Assembly (NCBI RefSeq): GCF_020745735.1
Contig: NW_026867489.1
Coordinates: 548,015-612,014 of the forward strand
DNA: 64,000 bases
Source of the DNA: Hemiscyllium ocellatum
Taxonomy: Eukaryota
Direction of reading: 5' to 3'
Shown: in pieces, positions 1 through 12,777 of the stretch
Layout of the letters: the number at the start of each line of letters is the position of its first letter
Position numbering within the stretch: position 1 is the first letter of the stretch
The notes under the pieces: model-generated
The model's database searches: none
Seen by the model: the letters and a program-made list of their open reading frames with translations, nothing else
Told to the model about the DNA's origin: nothing
Program-made: the position numbers and the translations under genes

Positions 1-421
1 TTATCCATGATAAGATCATGAGGAAATTAAAAAAAAATAAGAGCAGACATAGGAAATTCGGCCAATGGAGTCTACTCCACCATTGAACATCATTTAATTT
101 GACACAGCTTGTTGAATGCTTTGGAAGTGATAGAATTGGGGATAGTTCATCACAGAAATTGCTGATATCAAATTTCAGTTATTTATACGGAAGAAAAATG
201 AAATGTTGATTTTTATTTCACTGGGAAGTAAATTGTAGCATCGTCAGATTTCGCTAAAACAATGCAAAGCATTAGTAACACACAATAGGGTAGAAGTGCT
301 TTCTTGTGAGGAGTGTTTGAGTAATTTAGAGACTTAACTCATCAGATATTAGAAGATGAGCGGCGACTTCAATGGAATATTGAAGATTGTTTGTGAAGTG
401 GAAAAGGTACTTACCGAAGTT

Positions 422-723
422 GGGCAGCACGGTGGCACAGTGGTTAGCACTGCTGCCTCACAGCGCCAGGGACCTGGGTTCAATTCCCGCCTCAGGCGAC
501 TGACTGTGTGGAGTTTGCACATTCTCCCCGTGTCTGTGTGGGTTTCCTCCGGGTGCTCCGGTTTCCTCCCACAGTCACAAAGATGTGCGGGTCAGGTGAA
601 TTGGCCATGCTAAATTGCCCCTAGTGTTAGGTAAGGGGTATATGTAGGGGTGAGTTGCGCTTCGGCGGGTTGGTGTGGACTTGTTGGGCCGAAGGGCATG
701 TTTCCACACTGTAAGTAATCTAA
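422..723 (+). mobile_element. HE1-type (V-SINE) tRNA-derived SINE
   Basis: tRNA-like head GGGCAGCACGGTGGCACAGTGGTTAGCACTGCTGCCTCACAGCGCC...GGTTCAATTCC, core GGAGTTTGCACATTCTCCCCGTGTCTG and 3' tail GGCCGAAGGG...TTTCCACACTGTAAGTAATCTAA; four related copies are present in the window. Confidence 0.9.
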
Positions 724-990
724 GAGTTGTTTCTCCTTGTGCGAGAGTCAAGAACCAAAGGGCATGAATTTACAAATAAAGCATTACACATTTAAGACAG
801 AGGTGAGGTCGATTTTTTTTTTCTAAAATAGTAGGGAGTCTGTGGAATTCTTGAATGCAAGCGTTTCAGAGGCTTATGTACATTCAAAACTGTGAAGGTG
901 GAGTTGAGGATTATGAATACAGACATGGTTTCACTTAGGGTCGGGGCAGACTCGATTGGCCTACCTCTATCCTTTTGTTCCGACTGACTG
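724..990 (+). mobile_element. CR1 LINE 3' fragment
   Basis: GAGAGTCAAGAACCAAAGGGCATGAATTT...GTGGAATTC...GGGGCAGACTCGATTGGCC resembles the CR1 ORF2 C-terminus and 3' UTR; degenerate. Confidence 0.65.
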
Positions 991-1689
991 TGATATTACC
1001 AACTATTAAGTTGCCTTTGAGGCCACGACTTCCTTCGTGAATATTTATTCTCAAAAGGTGCCGAGAATAATTTGCAAACAATAAGAATCAAAACAGTTTG
1101 ACGTCTTATTTTGATAATTTGTATTAGTTTAGGGATTGATGTACACAATTAGATGCTAAAAATTGACACCTTGCAAAACAGGCATAGATCTGAATAGGTA
1201 GCCTCCTGATTTCAATGACCGTTTTGCACACAAAAGATGATAGTTGCATTCTCAATGCGTGGTTATAATTTGAAATCAATTCGTAATTTGTCTGAAAACA
1301 ATGAAACTCAATTTGCAATTCCCTTTCAGGAGGTTGTCATTTCTTGTGATATAGAGCATGGATGCTACGTGTCTCGAAGCCACAAGCTCCTTCACGTTTC
1401 GAGTACGTCCAGGTACTTTCCAACATATGATTGGAAATAATGGGGGCGCAAAGTATGCAGTAAAGTATAGAAAGCTGCACATTCAGTCGTGGATATTGTT
1501 TCCTCTGCAGTTGGCATGAATGCATGGTGAAAAAGCATCCATGGATTCGTTTGCATAGATAATTGGCGAAAACAAAAACGAAAAGGGGGGATGGGCTCAG
1601 CAGAGATGACCAAAGTATCCATATACTGCAATAGAGCAGAGAGATTGTGAAAACTATCAGGAATATAACTACAATAGACAAGGGGACAA

Positions 1690-2330
1690 TGCTAAGATGG
1701 TGCACTTAATGCAGGACTTAGGGCGCACAATATACAAAATAATCTAAGTGAGCTTGTAACGCAGGGGTTGAAATTGGCGAGTAGGATGTTATGGGCATCA
1801 CATACACTTGGTTATAAGGGGATCAGTGCTGAGCACGAAAGATCCAAAGATATTGGAAGGACAGACAAATGGGCAGAGTAGCAGGATTTTCTTCTTTATA
1901 AGAAATGAACTTAAATCAAGAACTATAATTGATTGTGGGTTCAGAAGCATTGAATGTGTTTGGGTAGATATGAGAAACAATAAAAGAAAAGACCCCCTGA
2001 TGGAGTTATTGGACAGGCCGTTCCTGAGCAGAAAATAAATCTGGATAATGGAGAAGGCATGTAAGAAAAGCACAATTACAACAACAATGAGTGACTTAAG
2101 TACGCAGTCGGAGCGGGAAAGATAAATTGATCACAAAACCCAAGGAACTAAATCCTTGAATATCTACGAGTTATTGCTTTTAGAGTCCCTTGTGGTAGAG
2201 CCCATTTTCTACAGATAATTCTGGATTTGGCGGTACACAATAACGCCTGAATAGCAAAATTTAAGTTGAAGGCAATCTTATTGGATAGTGATTATACTAT
2301 CAGATAAAATCATCTTGCAGATTGAGGGAG
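1690..2330 (+). mobile_element. CR1 LINE ORF2 endonuclease-domain fragment (degenerate)
   Basis: Translation IECVWVDMRNNKRKDPLMELLDRP resembles the CR1 endonuclease motif ESVWVELRN..G....GV.YRPP; stops and frameshifts; boundaries approximate. Confidence 0.7.
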
Positions 2331-2339
2331 AGTTGCTTG

Positions 2340-3305
2340 AATTAGATGTAACCGATTTAGAAGGCGCTTACAACACATACACAACGTCCTTACCATTGTA
2401 AAGTTCACAATGAGAAAGATAATAATAAAAGCCTCCACTTCATCGATGTCACATTAGAACAAGAAGACAAACGAAAACTGCAGACCAGCGCTCACAGGAA
2501 AACCACACAACTTAACGTACACTCAACTCCAGCAGAAAACATTCAAAAGTGTAGCTGCATCAGGACATTAGTTAAATGTGCCACAACACACTGCAGCACG
2601 CAGGACCTCCAAGAAGTCGAGGAAAAACACCGACACAAAGTATTCAGGTAAAAGTACCCAATAAGTGCAGCCTATCGATTTGTACACAACAGACGTAAAC
2701 AGGAAGACACAACGCACCCAGAGACTCTAGCCACACTGCCATACATTACATACATCTTGGAGATGACGACCAGATTACCCCAGCCCCTAGGCATCAGAAT
2801 ATTTCACAAATCTACTACCACACTGACACAGCTCCTAATGAAGTTAACAACCCCTATACCAACAAGCAGCAGAATGATTGTCATTATCAAATATCTTGCA
2901 AGGTCTAGATAAAACATTACATTGGATAGACGAGCAGGCAACTAGCCACCAGGATCCATGAGCACCAACATGCTGCCATGACCAGCTATCACCAGTATTC
3001 AAACACACAGACGAAGAGCGTCACCAGCTTGACTCTGACAAGTCATCCTTCTTGGGACAGACTAAACAATGACATGCACGGGAATTCCGAGAGGCCTGGT
3101 ATTCAATCTGGAAGTCCATTAGCAAACGTAACTATTTCCACCCATTTATCAACCTCACAGAAAAAGCACAGAAAGTGATATCATTCAACACAACGCACCA
3201 AGTCTCATAAATAGCAAGCGGGACAGCACACCAGCACGCCATCGGAGGCTCACTGATGATGTGAGCTAGCGTGGTGCCGAAACGTCTGAGAACAAATCTG
3301 CAACT
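2340..3305 (+). mobile_element. Penelope-like element 3' fragment (RT thumb, GIY-YIG region, terminal repeat)
   Basis: The paralog translates to FHFLDVTLEQEDKRKLQTSAHRKTT...CIRTLVKRATTHCSTQDL, a typical PLE RT C-terminus; ends with a CTGATGA...GAAACGTC motif. Confidence 0.85.
3249..3290 (+). ncRNA. Minimal type-I hammerhead ribozyme motif in Penelope terminus (stem II decayed)
   Basis: CTCA-CTGATGA-(19 nt)-GAAA-CGTC-TGAG: core boxes present, stem I CTCA/TGAG pairs, stem II has mismatches. Confidence 0.6.
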
Positions 3306-3570
3306 AAAGGAACAAACAACCCAAATAAAAAAAAGAAAACTAACGGGGATTGGTGCAAGTCACTTCCATGGACAGATTGCCTGACCCGTAGAAAACAAAG
3401 ATTGTAGATAAAGGGGTAGCTATCGGGATGACAGACGATGTCTCGTGGAGTTCTACAGGGTTAAATGTTTGGACCACAAACAATCACATTATATTTTAAT
3501 AATATGAATGAAGAAACTGACAGCACTTCTTGCAAAGTTTGCATACAACACAGATAGGTCGTGGATCAAG

Positions 3571-3880
3571 GGGCGGCACGGTAGCCCAGTGGTTAGCACT
3601 GCTGTCTCACAACGCTTGGGACCTGGATTCAATTCCAGCATTGGGCGACTGTCTGTGTGGAGTTCTCCCTGTGTCAGCGTGGGTTTCCTCCGGATGTTTT
3701 TGTTTCCTCCCATAATCCAAAGATGGGCAGCCCAGGTGAATTCGCCATGCTAAATTGCCCATAGTGTCAGCGGTGAGTAGAAGTTAGGGGAATGGGTCTG
3801 GGTGGGTTACTCTGCGAAGGATCAGTGTGGACTTGTTGGACCGAAGGGCCTGTTTCCATACTGTAGGTAATCTAATCTAA
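3571..3880 (+). mobile_element. HE1-type SINE
   Basis: GGGCGGCACGGTAGCCCAGTGGTTAGCACTGCTG head through the (AATCT)n tail. Confidence 0.9.
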
Positions 3881-4139
3881 TGCTGGCGAGCTAAGAAAGA
3901 AGCATGACGATTCCAGAAGGATCGCACAGTGAACAAAGAAATGACAGCTGGTATATAACGTTGAAAATGTGGGGTTTTGCACTTTGATTTGAAGAATAAA
4001 GGCATGCACTGCATTCTAAAAGCTTTGGACATCTGAAGCACAAGCACGCATCGGTGCACTAGTTTAGGATTCTCCTCAAAGGAACGTGAAATTTCAGGAA
4101 GACGAATTCAACGTTTGCATTGATTGGAAGAGGGCTGGA

Positions 4140-4590
4140 ACACAATAACTGGGGTGTAGTACAGACGCTGTATAATGCTCAGGTCAGACCGTATTTGGAA
4201 TATTGTGAACACTTTTGAGTTCTGTATCGCAGGAAGTATGTGATGGCCTTGGAAGAATTCCCAATGTGGAGTGCAAAAATGATCTCGGGGATAAGAGCCT
4301 TGTCACACTAACAAATGTTTGAAGAATCTAGGTATTTAATCGAGGGAGATTAGAAAAATGAGATGGAACCTACCTTAAACTAACAGAACATTGAGAGGCC
4401 AAGTACAAATATTTTTAAGAGAGGACTTTCTAATAGTAGGAAAGATTAGGAACTGAAGGCATAACATTTGAGTAAACGGGAGATGTTTCAGAAATGAGCT
4501 GAGGGGGATTGTATGGACCTCAATGTTGTAGAACGCTGTGCAGGCCAGATCACAAATCTCTTTACATCAGAGATAAATATGATGGCCGAA
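4140..4590 (+). mobile_element. CR1 LINE RT/3' fragment
   Basis: CTGTATAATGCTCAGGTCAGACCGTATTTGGAATATTGTG matches the CR1 LY..LVRPHLEYC motif; boundaries approximate. Confidence 0.7.
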
Positions 4591-4849
4591 TCACGTTGTG
4601 GTGCTTTTTTCTGTCACACTATTAAGAGAGTACCTAAAAGGGGCGATTGAGAAGGAATTGAAGAGAGTATTGCCCAACTTTCAATCACAAATTGGCTGCG
4701 CTTTTTCCCATCTATTACAACTTTCATTTTCTGCCACAAAAGTGAAAAATAATGTTATGTAGCACTCGTTTTCCTCAACTTCTGAGGATATTTGGCCTTA
4801 TATTACCAGGGTAAACATTGCAATGACAAAAAAGTACAATTCGGTAATT

Positions 4850-5745
4850 GATTGCATTACCCACACCTTTCCTATTAACGTCACAAATATTTTCCAAAGA
4901 TTCTTTGCTGCATTCTTCAACTATATTCTGAATTTATCTGGGTCTCAGCATAAATTCATAGGTTGGTGCAACAGCGATGGAATTGAAGTATGCTTCCACT
5001 TTCTTGCTGAATGGATCTTGAATCATTGAAATTGGAACATGAGAAATAAGATTTGGTCATAATTTTTACAGAGAAAATCCACCACATATGTCATCCACAA
5101 CAGGATGAAGCTTCCATAGATGGTGAAGAGTAAAACAATGGACTTTCGCCAGCTCTTCACCTCAGGATAACTGGGATTTTCTCCACTGCTCATGCTTGCT
5201 CGTAGTCGCCTTCGGGCTCGATTGGCTGCGAGAATGTATTTGACAGTCAGTGCATTGAGCAGTAATATGAGGAGAAAAGGTTGAACTGTGCAAAGCCATC
5301 ATAGGTTGTCCATGCCAATTAAGAAGAGAATTTTGATTTTATGTTACAAAATCATGACATGGTGTTAATTGTAATAGAGTGGTTCTTACATAATCTACCA
5401 GAGGATACCATTTTGAACGACTCAAGAAATCGACTATTCCTATGACGACAGCCACTGTTTTCTCTGTGTAATGTTGTGTTTTCAGATTCCAACTGGTGAG
5501 GAATCACTCAAAGGCGAAAGCAACTGTTAACCAGGCAGAACTGCAGAGATGGTCAGAATGCTGACTCTAAATACTGGAGTAATAGACATAAAACTAACTA
5601 GGAAATAAATGCCAGTAATCCAATTGAAGATCACAGCACTGATAACTATCAAGAGATCTGTCACTGCCATAGACACCAGATATTGAGTGATGCATCCAGA
5701 GAGACCACATCTTCCTGCGGTGAAGATCATGATCACCGTAATATT
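4850..5745 (-). pseudogene. GPR139-like class A GPCR pseudogene (exon 2), copy 1
   Basis: Translates to VNITVIMIFTAGRCGLSGCITQYLVSMAVTDLLIVI...; DRF motif degraded to FE*F; ...KSIVLLFTIYGSFILLWMTYVV...; multiple stops, a 10-nt deletion relative to copy 2, and the expected acceptor AG reads TG. Confidence 0.85.
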
Positions 5746-7167
5746 TACATAAAGGGACAAAGAAAAACGACACGACTAACCAGACACATAATTGTGTAAG
5801 GTTTGACATGTTGGCATCATTTCTGAAAGGAAGCAAGAGCATTATTTTTGTAACTTCGGTGACAACTCCACCTCACCAATAAAAATGCCAACTTACATTT
5901 ATGTAGCACCTTTAATATAATTCTCATAAGATAATTCAGATAATGGTTACAAGGCACATGTCGACGCTGACATTCAGAAGGCAGCTTGTGTATTTGAAAA
6001 GAACAACATTTTCACGTCAGGTGACTTATTTTTTCAAGTAAACTACATGTAGACTTGAAAAAAAACTTAAAATAATACTGGCGGCAAATCTAATATCACC
6101 TGATGGTAATTGATATAGCTGCATGAGTGCTTAGACTTAGACAGACATAAAGATTCCACTCAGGGGTGGGGTGGGGGGTGGACTGAAACAGAGGGAAAGG
6201 TGAAGTCATCACAATCCCAGAGGATCGTCGGGCTGATTACTTGGAGAGATGACTGTTGATGGTACTGTTGACGAGGCCTTCCATCACTTTCAGAAATCAC
6301 AGAAGAGGCAGTTGATTTGATTGCATTTATATGGAGTTTTAAGAACAGACTAATTCTAACAATCTTTGCATATTCGTACTTTGTATTCAGCTCTTTTGAA
6401 TGGCAAGTAACATTCTGCAACAATTGATAAACCATTCATCATCCTTTTCTTATCGTGAGCATTGCTGAACTCCCCAATTATCAAAATGCTGGTAGTATCA
6501 AATGACAGAATCTGAATTTGACGAGCAATATTAACAATGTAGATAAAAGAGATAGTTTACAAGACAGGAAGTTAAATCTGCAATAGAGAGAGCGGCGAAT
6601 AACAGAATTAACGACTGTCCAAAACCTCAAAGCCTGCCCATGAGCTTCAATAAACAATTCATGTTTGTGATGCAACACCTCCGACTTGCCTGCTGAATGC
6701 AAACTCCACATCGTCTGGGGAAGACCATCTCGAATGATGTGCATCATTTGCATAAGGTATCACTCCTTCCAATTCAAATACACGACAGAATTTGCTACTG
6801 GATGGAAGCACAATATTATGTAGGGAAGTATAATTTTGTTTTATTTTGGAACAAATTCTGGTCAGCTGCCACAGGTAAAAAGTGAAAAGAAACCCCACCA
6901 TTGTGCAGATTTTCAAGTTAATGTCCATTATCTCTTTCTATTATCGTCAGTACCACCGCAAGCTTATCGAACGTTGCATTGAATAGTTTTAATAATAAGA
7001 TCTTAGATTGCAGTTTTCTATTTGGACAGAGGCCGAGCAGGCCTGGATTTCTGAAAAGATGTTATCAAAATCAAACCCCGAGAGCAGGCTGCTATCAGGG
7101 AATTGGGCACGTTTAACTTTTTTCATTTCGTTAATACATTATTACTTTTCTGAAAGAATTCCATGAT

Positions 7168-7407
7168 NNNNNNNNNNNNNNNNNNNNNNNNNNNNNNNNN
7201 NNNNNNNNNNNNNNNNNNNNNNNNNNNNNNNNNNNNNNNNNNNNNNNNNNNNNNNNNNNNNNNNNNNNNNNNNNNNNNNNNNNNNNNNNNNNNNNNNNNN
7301 NNNNNNNNNNNNNNNNNNNNNNNNNNNNNNNNNNNNNNNNNNNNNNNNNNNNNNNNNNNNNNNNNNNNNNNNNNNNNNNNNNNNNNNNNNNNNNNNNNNN
7401 NNNNNNN
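7168..7407. other. N run (240 nt): assembly gap or masked sequence
   Basis: Run of n; at the same relative position as the N run at 41924-42176. Confidence 0.95.
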
Positions 7408-10109
7408 TGCTTCCCTACCTCAGCAAAATTGGGCTTCTCTCATACCTTTATTGAACAGGTAGATTATAAAATATCTGACTTCAACAAAGCATAAGTTTGG
7501 TATAAACAGAACATGACACAATGCGATTCAAGTAGGAAACATGCTGTTACAGGCAATCAGTGACCAACCTTGACATATTGTTCCTGACACTACTTCCAAT
7601 TACGGATGTTTGTACAATTGCTTTCCAGTGAATTCACCCTTGCACCGAAAAATGAAAACTTCTCGGTGCACGCAATGTACAGACTGCTCATCTTTGAGAA
7701 AACGGACTGCCATAACTTATAGGCTTTTCCTGTCTTGAACAAGTATGACAAATTGAGAGGTGATTTAATTGAATCAGATTCAATTGTGAAGCGGTACTTC
7801 AGGGTAGAGGCCACGGATGCTTGGTAGATTGACGATCTGTTTTTTCACAATAACTGAATCATTTTTTTTCGGTGCATATTGGGATGGTTGCATGACGGTG
7901 GGTGATCATCTATGATCCTACTGAATATTTGAAAACGCTCGAAGCTTTGATCTCGAATGTTCGTGGTTCTTATGTTCATATAAAATTAATTGAATTTTTA
8001 ACTGCCTGAGGGAAAGTTCATCAGCTGTGAATTGCACCAAACTGAAATGCTTCAGCTGGCTGTGCTTTTTTTTATGGAAACATGGACCCAAGAAATAATG
8101 TAAATTATGAGCTGGTGGATGTGCTTTTGAGATTGGGTCCAGAACATCTCGGAACCACTCGCTGAACAGAGCTTACAATGAAAAGCATTTCTACACAGTG
8201 TTACGATACGGCAGTGAATACTTCCGTTTATTAAAGCAAACACCCAAGAAAAGTTCAGCTCGTCTCATAACCTGTTAAAATGTGAGTGACAGATAACCAC
8301 CAAATTCCACTAATGAAAGAAAATAAAATGAATGTATTCTTTAACTCTAAAAGTAAATACTTAACTATAAATTTTCACAACTCTAAGCACCCCTTTCACT
8401 TAACTGGTAATTACCAGCCTCCAAGTCCATGACAGTTTGCTGTTCCAATTAGAAACTCATGAAAATTACTTAAACTTGATTTCAAAATCACGCAGCGGCT
8501 GTCGTCTTCTTTGTCTATCTTCTTCTGGCTCAGGTCGTCTTCTTGCTCTTTTTACTGCGAAAATGTTTCACATGAAAAGGTACTTTTCGCAGTGAGTGTA
8601 TCCAAATTTCTTGTATCTGTGTTGTTGGCAGTTGCTGTAACTGATTTTCAAATATCTGCCTTTTTACATCTTCTACAATGGACCATGTTATTGTTTAGAT
8701 ATTGGAAAAATAGTAAATTCAAACGCGGTTCGGATTTAATGTTCTGGGGAACAATTTAAACAGGTTGGATAAATTGGAATTGTTGTCAAACCAGCAATCA
8801 ACTCAGGTGTCTATTTCTCAGTAAAATGTTCCATATTATCCATTTTCCAGGACACGTTCAGTCAGCTGGTTGGCATACACACAATTGTAAGTTCTCAAGT
8901 CAGTGCAACAATCACTCGTTCTTAAAGGTACAATTCATGCTTTCAAATTCATAAAAACGGAAATGCATGAACACGTGAATCTCGTTGAAATTTGGCATGA
9001 CTGGAGAACACAAAATGAAAGACAAAGAAAAGAGTAGGAGGCACAGGACCCCAAAGGCAATAATTTACTGTATATATATATCGTGATAAGTTCGAGTGGA
9101 GACGAAATATCTGTATCCTAGTTATGGATCAAATAAACTGTCCCAATGTGACAGATTGATTTTAATGCAAAATTCGGACATTATTACGTTCAGTGAACAA
9201 GGGAGAAAATCAGCCAATGGGTTATTGGCAATTGAAATTATCAGAGATGTAGAAGAGGCACTTCTCAGTGAAGTGAGCAACGGTAATACCACAGTGGAAT
9301 CTGCACAAACGGAAAACTACTAACAGTTCAGAACCTTAAAGAAATGTTCTCACACTGCTCAAACCACAAGTTCAATGACGTACGTGTAGGCAGAATACGA
9401 AACTTCATATGAAACTTGCAGCAAATGTAAAACCAAAATAAAAAATTCGTTCCTTTTGCTGCACGTAAGTTGTGAAATTGAATGTAAAACAAGCAGAAGC
9501 TCTTGTGATGTGTTCATTTCACAGAGAAGCTTTATGTTTCAGGAGTCAGGAGCACTAAACCTGTGCTTTCTACTGCATTTTCCTATTTGCAGTGATGGAA
9601 CACAAATAGGTTACTTGCACAATTATACGTTTGGGAAGTTGTTATCTTATTGGTCATCGAGTATTTCTTGACGTTTTTCTTTTTTACAAGGAAAATAGAA
9701 AAAGAAGTTTCTTATATTAGAATGAAAAGCATGGAGGAATTTTATTCATGCATGTTCCCACTCCAGCAACGTACAATCTAATTACTTCTGGTGCTTTGCT
9801 GCTCCGTCATATATTCACGTTCTTAGCCATCTTCATCATTCGTTAAATTGCAGGTTGGAAGATATTGTTGAATCTACAAACACCCAAGTAAAAATTAAAA
9901 GTCAATTTTTCTGACTGAATCATGTCACACGATTATCTGGTATTTGGAAGTCTGATAATTATCACGAATACAGAATGAATCCAGAAAGAAAGAGGTTTCT
10001 TCTATGAAATGGAAGAAGCAAATTCACAATATTAAAATAACCTGCAGATTCAGTTTGTTCAGCTTTATCCGTGCTTTTTATCCATGCCTACGTAACCATA
10101 ACATGTTCG

Positions 10110-10328
10110 GGCTTTTGTACAGCTCTTTCCTTCCTCTGCATCACGGCATCTGTAATCTTCTCCCTATTCAGCTTTTTATACAGTTCTCTCACTACTATGC
10201 ATTTTTGTGTCTGTGATCCTCATCCTGTTCAGGTTTTTGCACAATTCTTTCCATCTCTGTATCACTGTGTCTGTAATCCTACCGTGTTAAGATTTTGTAC
10301 AGCTCATTTCGTCCTTTGCTTCACTGTG
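10110..10328 (-). promoter_or_regulatory. Tandem array of four V-type recombination signal sequences 3' of supporting Vdelta copy 1
   Basis: Minus strand: RSS1 CACAGTG-23-ACAAAATCT (10328-10290); RSS2 CACAGTG-22-GCAAAAACC (10269-10232); RSS3 CACAAAA-23-ATAAAAAGC (10209-10171); RSS4 TGCCGTG-23-ACAAAAGCC (10148-10110); 20-22 nt linkers all ending GAT(T/C)ACAGA. Confidence 0.9.
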
Positions 10329-10638
10329 CGTGCTGAGCGCCGACTCAGTGCACAGTAATATACGGCAGAGTCCCCCAGTTGCATTTTAGACATCTTTAGC
10401 TGAACGACTTTTGTTGCAGAATTGATGGAAGCGGACAGTTTTCCCCCTGCAACAGCATTTTGATTCTCCTCTTCTGAAGTGTGTCTCTGAAGCAGGTGTT
10501 CCAGAGCTTGACCAGTTGCCTGACTGTACCAATATACTGTGTAATGACAGAACCCTGAATATTCCCAGCTTAAAGTAACAGTTTCGCCAGCAGTGGAGGT
10601 TTGTAAAGATGGACTGTGAGACACCAGAGAACTGGAAT
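10329..10638 (-). CDS. TRDV: NAR-TCR supporting TCR Vdelta segment (leaderless, CDR1 Cys; Cys23 replaced by Trp), copy 1
   Basis: Acceptor ...AATTCCATAG| then (D)SSSLVSHSPSLQTSTAGETVTLSWEYSGFCHYTVYWYSQ...DSAVYYCALSRRSA; open frame, 23-RSS, phase-1 compatible with the upstream J donor; no leader exon recognised between J and V. Confidence 0.9.
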
Positions 10639-11721
10639 CTATGGAATTAAATGAGAAGTTTGTTTAATCACCATTATCAAGAAAACGTCTCATTGGTGAG
10701 CATAGCTCTGCTATAAAAGCATTTTTTTTTTCTTTTGCAGTAAGATCGATACTATAATTAAAATCAAACTAAAACAGCGGGGAGATATCGAGATTTTTGG
10801 AAAATAGAACGCAAGTTGTTCCACTCAGGCGTACATGACAGAATGAATCAAGAGTAACACTCAAACGGGAATTAGGAGAAAAAAAAATTAAGGATTGAAT
10901 AATTCCAAGTACACAATTTGAAAGTAACTTGTAAGAATCTGCAGGAATAAGATTGAAAGTATAATGAGATTCCGCTCTTTTTAATTCCTTGAGTTCAATT
11001 GAAACTGAGCATAACACGCATATCAAAAATATGTTAAGAGTTAATTCTCCTTTTCACTAAAACAATTACTTTCAAAAGTAGTTGACTGAGAGAAAACCCG
11101 CAATATGTCTTTGTGTTTGAGATCTGGAATTCTGCTGTCCAAATCAGAGCTCATTGCCCGTTCCTAATAACGCATTTGTAGGTGGTCGTGAGGTGCCTCT
11201 CTAACTTTTGCATCTACTGATTGCAAGTACAATCAAAATGCAGTTAAGGAGTGATTTTCAGGATATGACTGATCGACAATAAAAGAAGGAATCATATTTG
11301 TAAGTCAGTCTGGTGTTTGAACTTGCAGTTAGTAGTTCTCCCATGCATCCACTAACCACAGTCCACAGAAAGATTCAATTGAGTGTGGCTTGTTCCAATC
11401 TGACAGAGGTCGAACAGAATAACAAATAGACCGAGCACAGTACAGATGAATGTGTTTTGACACGACATGCATGTGTTCCATCTCTGCATGAGAATGTTGT
11501 ATGTGCGAATGAAACAAATTCTTGTGCAAATCCACTATAACTTCTCTGCTTTTATAAACTACGCCATGACGAATAAAAGCAATTGCCATTTGTTCTTTAT
11601 GAAAAAAACATTTTAACTAATCTTTGCCTTAGAGACCTCTGGACAAGCATCCCCAGATACTTCCCTATGTCACTGGTGCCAGCAGTCCATAAAGAATGCC
11701 TTATCTTGTACCCTCTTCCAA

Positions 11722-11961
11722 NNNNNNNNNNNNNNNNNNNNNNNNNNNNNNNNNNNNNNNNNNNNNNNNNNNNNNNNNNNNNNNNNNNNNNNNNNNNNNN
11801 NNNNNNNNNNNNNNNNNNNNNNNNNNNNNNNNNNNNNNNNNNNNNNNNNNNNNNNNNNNNNNNNNNNNNNNNNNNNNNNNNNNNNNNNNNNNNNNNNNNN
11901 NNNNNNNNNNNNNNNNNNNNNNNNNNNNNNNNNNNNNNNNNNNNNNNNNNNNNNNNNNNNN
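11722..11961. other. N run (240 nt): assembly gap or masked sequence
   Basis: Run of n; at the same relative position as the N run at 46552-46714. Confidence 0.95.
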
Positions 11962-12189
11962 GTTGGTATTCGCTGTCCATCCCTCATTCCTCAGAAGGTA
12001 GTTCAGTCTCATTGCTGTGAGTCTGGAGTTACAGGTTGTGTAGACCAGGTAAGGGCAGCAGATAATTTTCCCTCAAGGGCATTTTATGGTTTAGTATCGA
12101 TTTGCCACTGCCTTGCCAATGTGACCAAATTGTTTATAACTTCCTGAAACTTAAGTCCTTCTGCTTCACAGTTTGGCACTCAGAACTGA

Positions 12190-12540
12190 TCCAAAAGACC
12201 ATAATACCATAAGACATTGGAGCAGAAATTAGGGTATTCAGCACATTGAATCTGTCCCGCCAATCAGGGTATTCAGCACATTGAATCTGTCCCGCCAATC
12301 ATTCATTCGTGGTAAGTTTCTGAATCCCATTCTCCCGCTCTCTTCACATAATTATTTATCTTCTTTATACTCAGCAACCTATTTAATTCACTATTAAGTA
12401 TTCCCAATAACCTGTCCTCCACAGCATTCCGTGGCAATGCATTGCATAGATTCAACAGTATCTGGCTAAAGAACGTTTTCCTTACCTCATTTCCAAAAGC
12501 AATTCCCTTTACTCTAAAGCTATGTCCTCGTGTCTGGGAG
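12190..12540 (-). mobile_element. CR1 LINE 3' end in the J-Vdelta intron, truncated relative to its paralog
   Basis: TRGHSFRVKG..F...VRKTFFSQ..LNLCNALP..AVE is the CR1 ORF2 C-terminus; contains a 35-bp tandem duplication at 12231-12300. Confidence 0.85.
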
Positions 12541-12685
12541 TCCACTGCAGACTGGGATACAATTCACCCGCACCTTGGATTTCCTCTCTGACTTCTCACA
12601 TTGAAATGTCACTTATCTCAAAAATAAACTGAGTATGAGCATTAATTTAGACAGTTTGTAACAGAAGTCAGTTCGAGTCACTTAC

Positions 12686-12777
12686 CTGCTGTGACAGTCA
12701 CCACGGTCCCGGGTCCATCCACAGTATCGTATTTCCTACACAGTGACAACTCTCTTAGTCAGCCCAGAACAATAACT
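12686..12777 (-). CDS. NTCRJ: NAR-TCR J segment (12738-12686) with 5' 23-RSS (12777-12739), copy 1
   Basis: Plus-strand CACAGTG-23-ACAATAACT; coding RKYDTVDGPGTVVTVTA, then phase-1 G|GTAAGT donor; resembles IgNAR J (G.GTVVTV). Confidence 0.92.

Noticed and set aside
1337-1705. 122-aa hydrophobic minus-strand ORF
   Set aside because: Antisense to purine-rich, probably CR1-derived sequence, and truncated in the paralog; likely a shadow ORF.
6481-6928. ORFs with SAGKS (P-loop-like) and FCRVFELEG motifs, also near 41218-41675
   Set aside because: No complete Walker A context or recognisable domain; both copies are interrupted; identity unknown.
7163-7462. Long ORFs in the track spanning X runs (also 11583-12020, 41899-42276, 46426-46845, 56828-57311)
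   Set aside because: Artefacts of translating through N runs.
9290-9320. CACAGTG-12-ACGGAAAAC on the plus strand
   Set aside because: Weak nonamer, opposite orientation to the cassette, and no adjacent V/D/J-like coding sequence; consistent with chance.
10110-10328. ~60-bp periodic repeats as a CRISPR-like or ordinary minisatellite array
   Set aside because: Vertebrate context, no cas genes, and the conserved parts are exactly RSS heptamers and nonamers with 22-23 bp spacing; reported as an RSS array instead.
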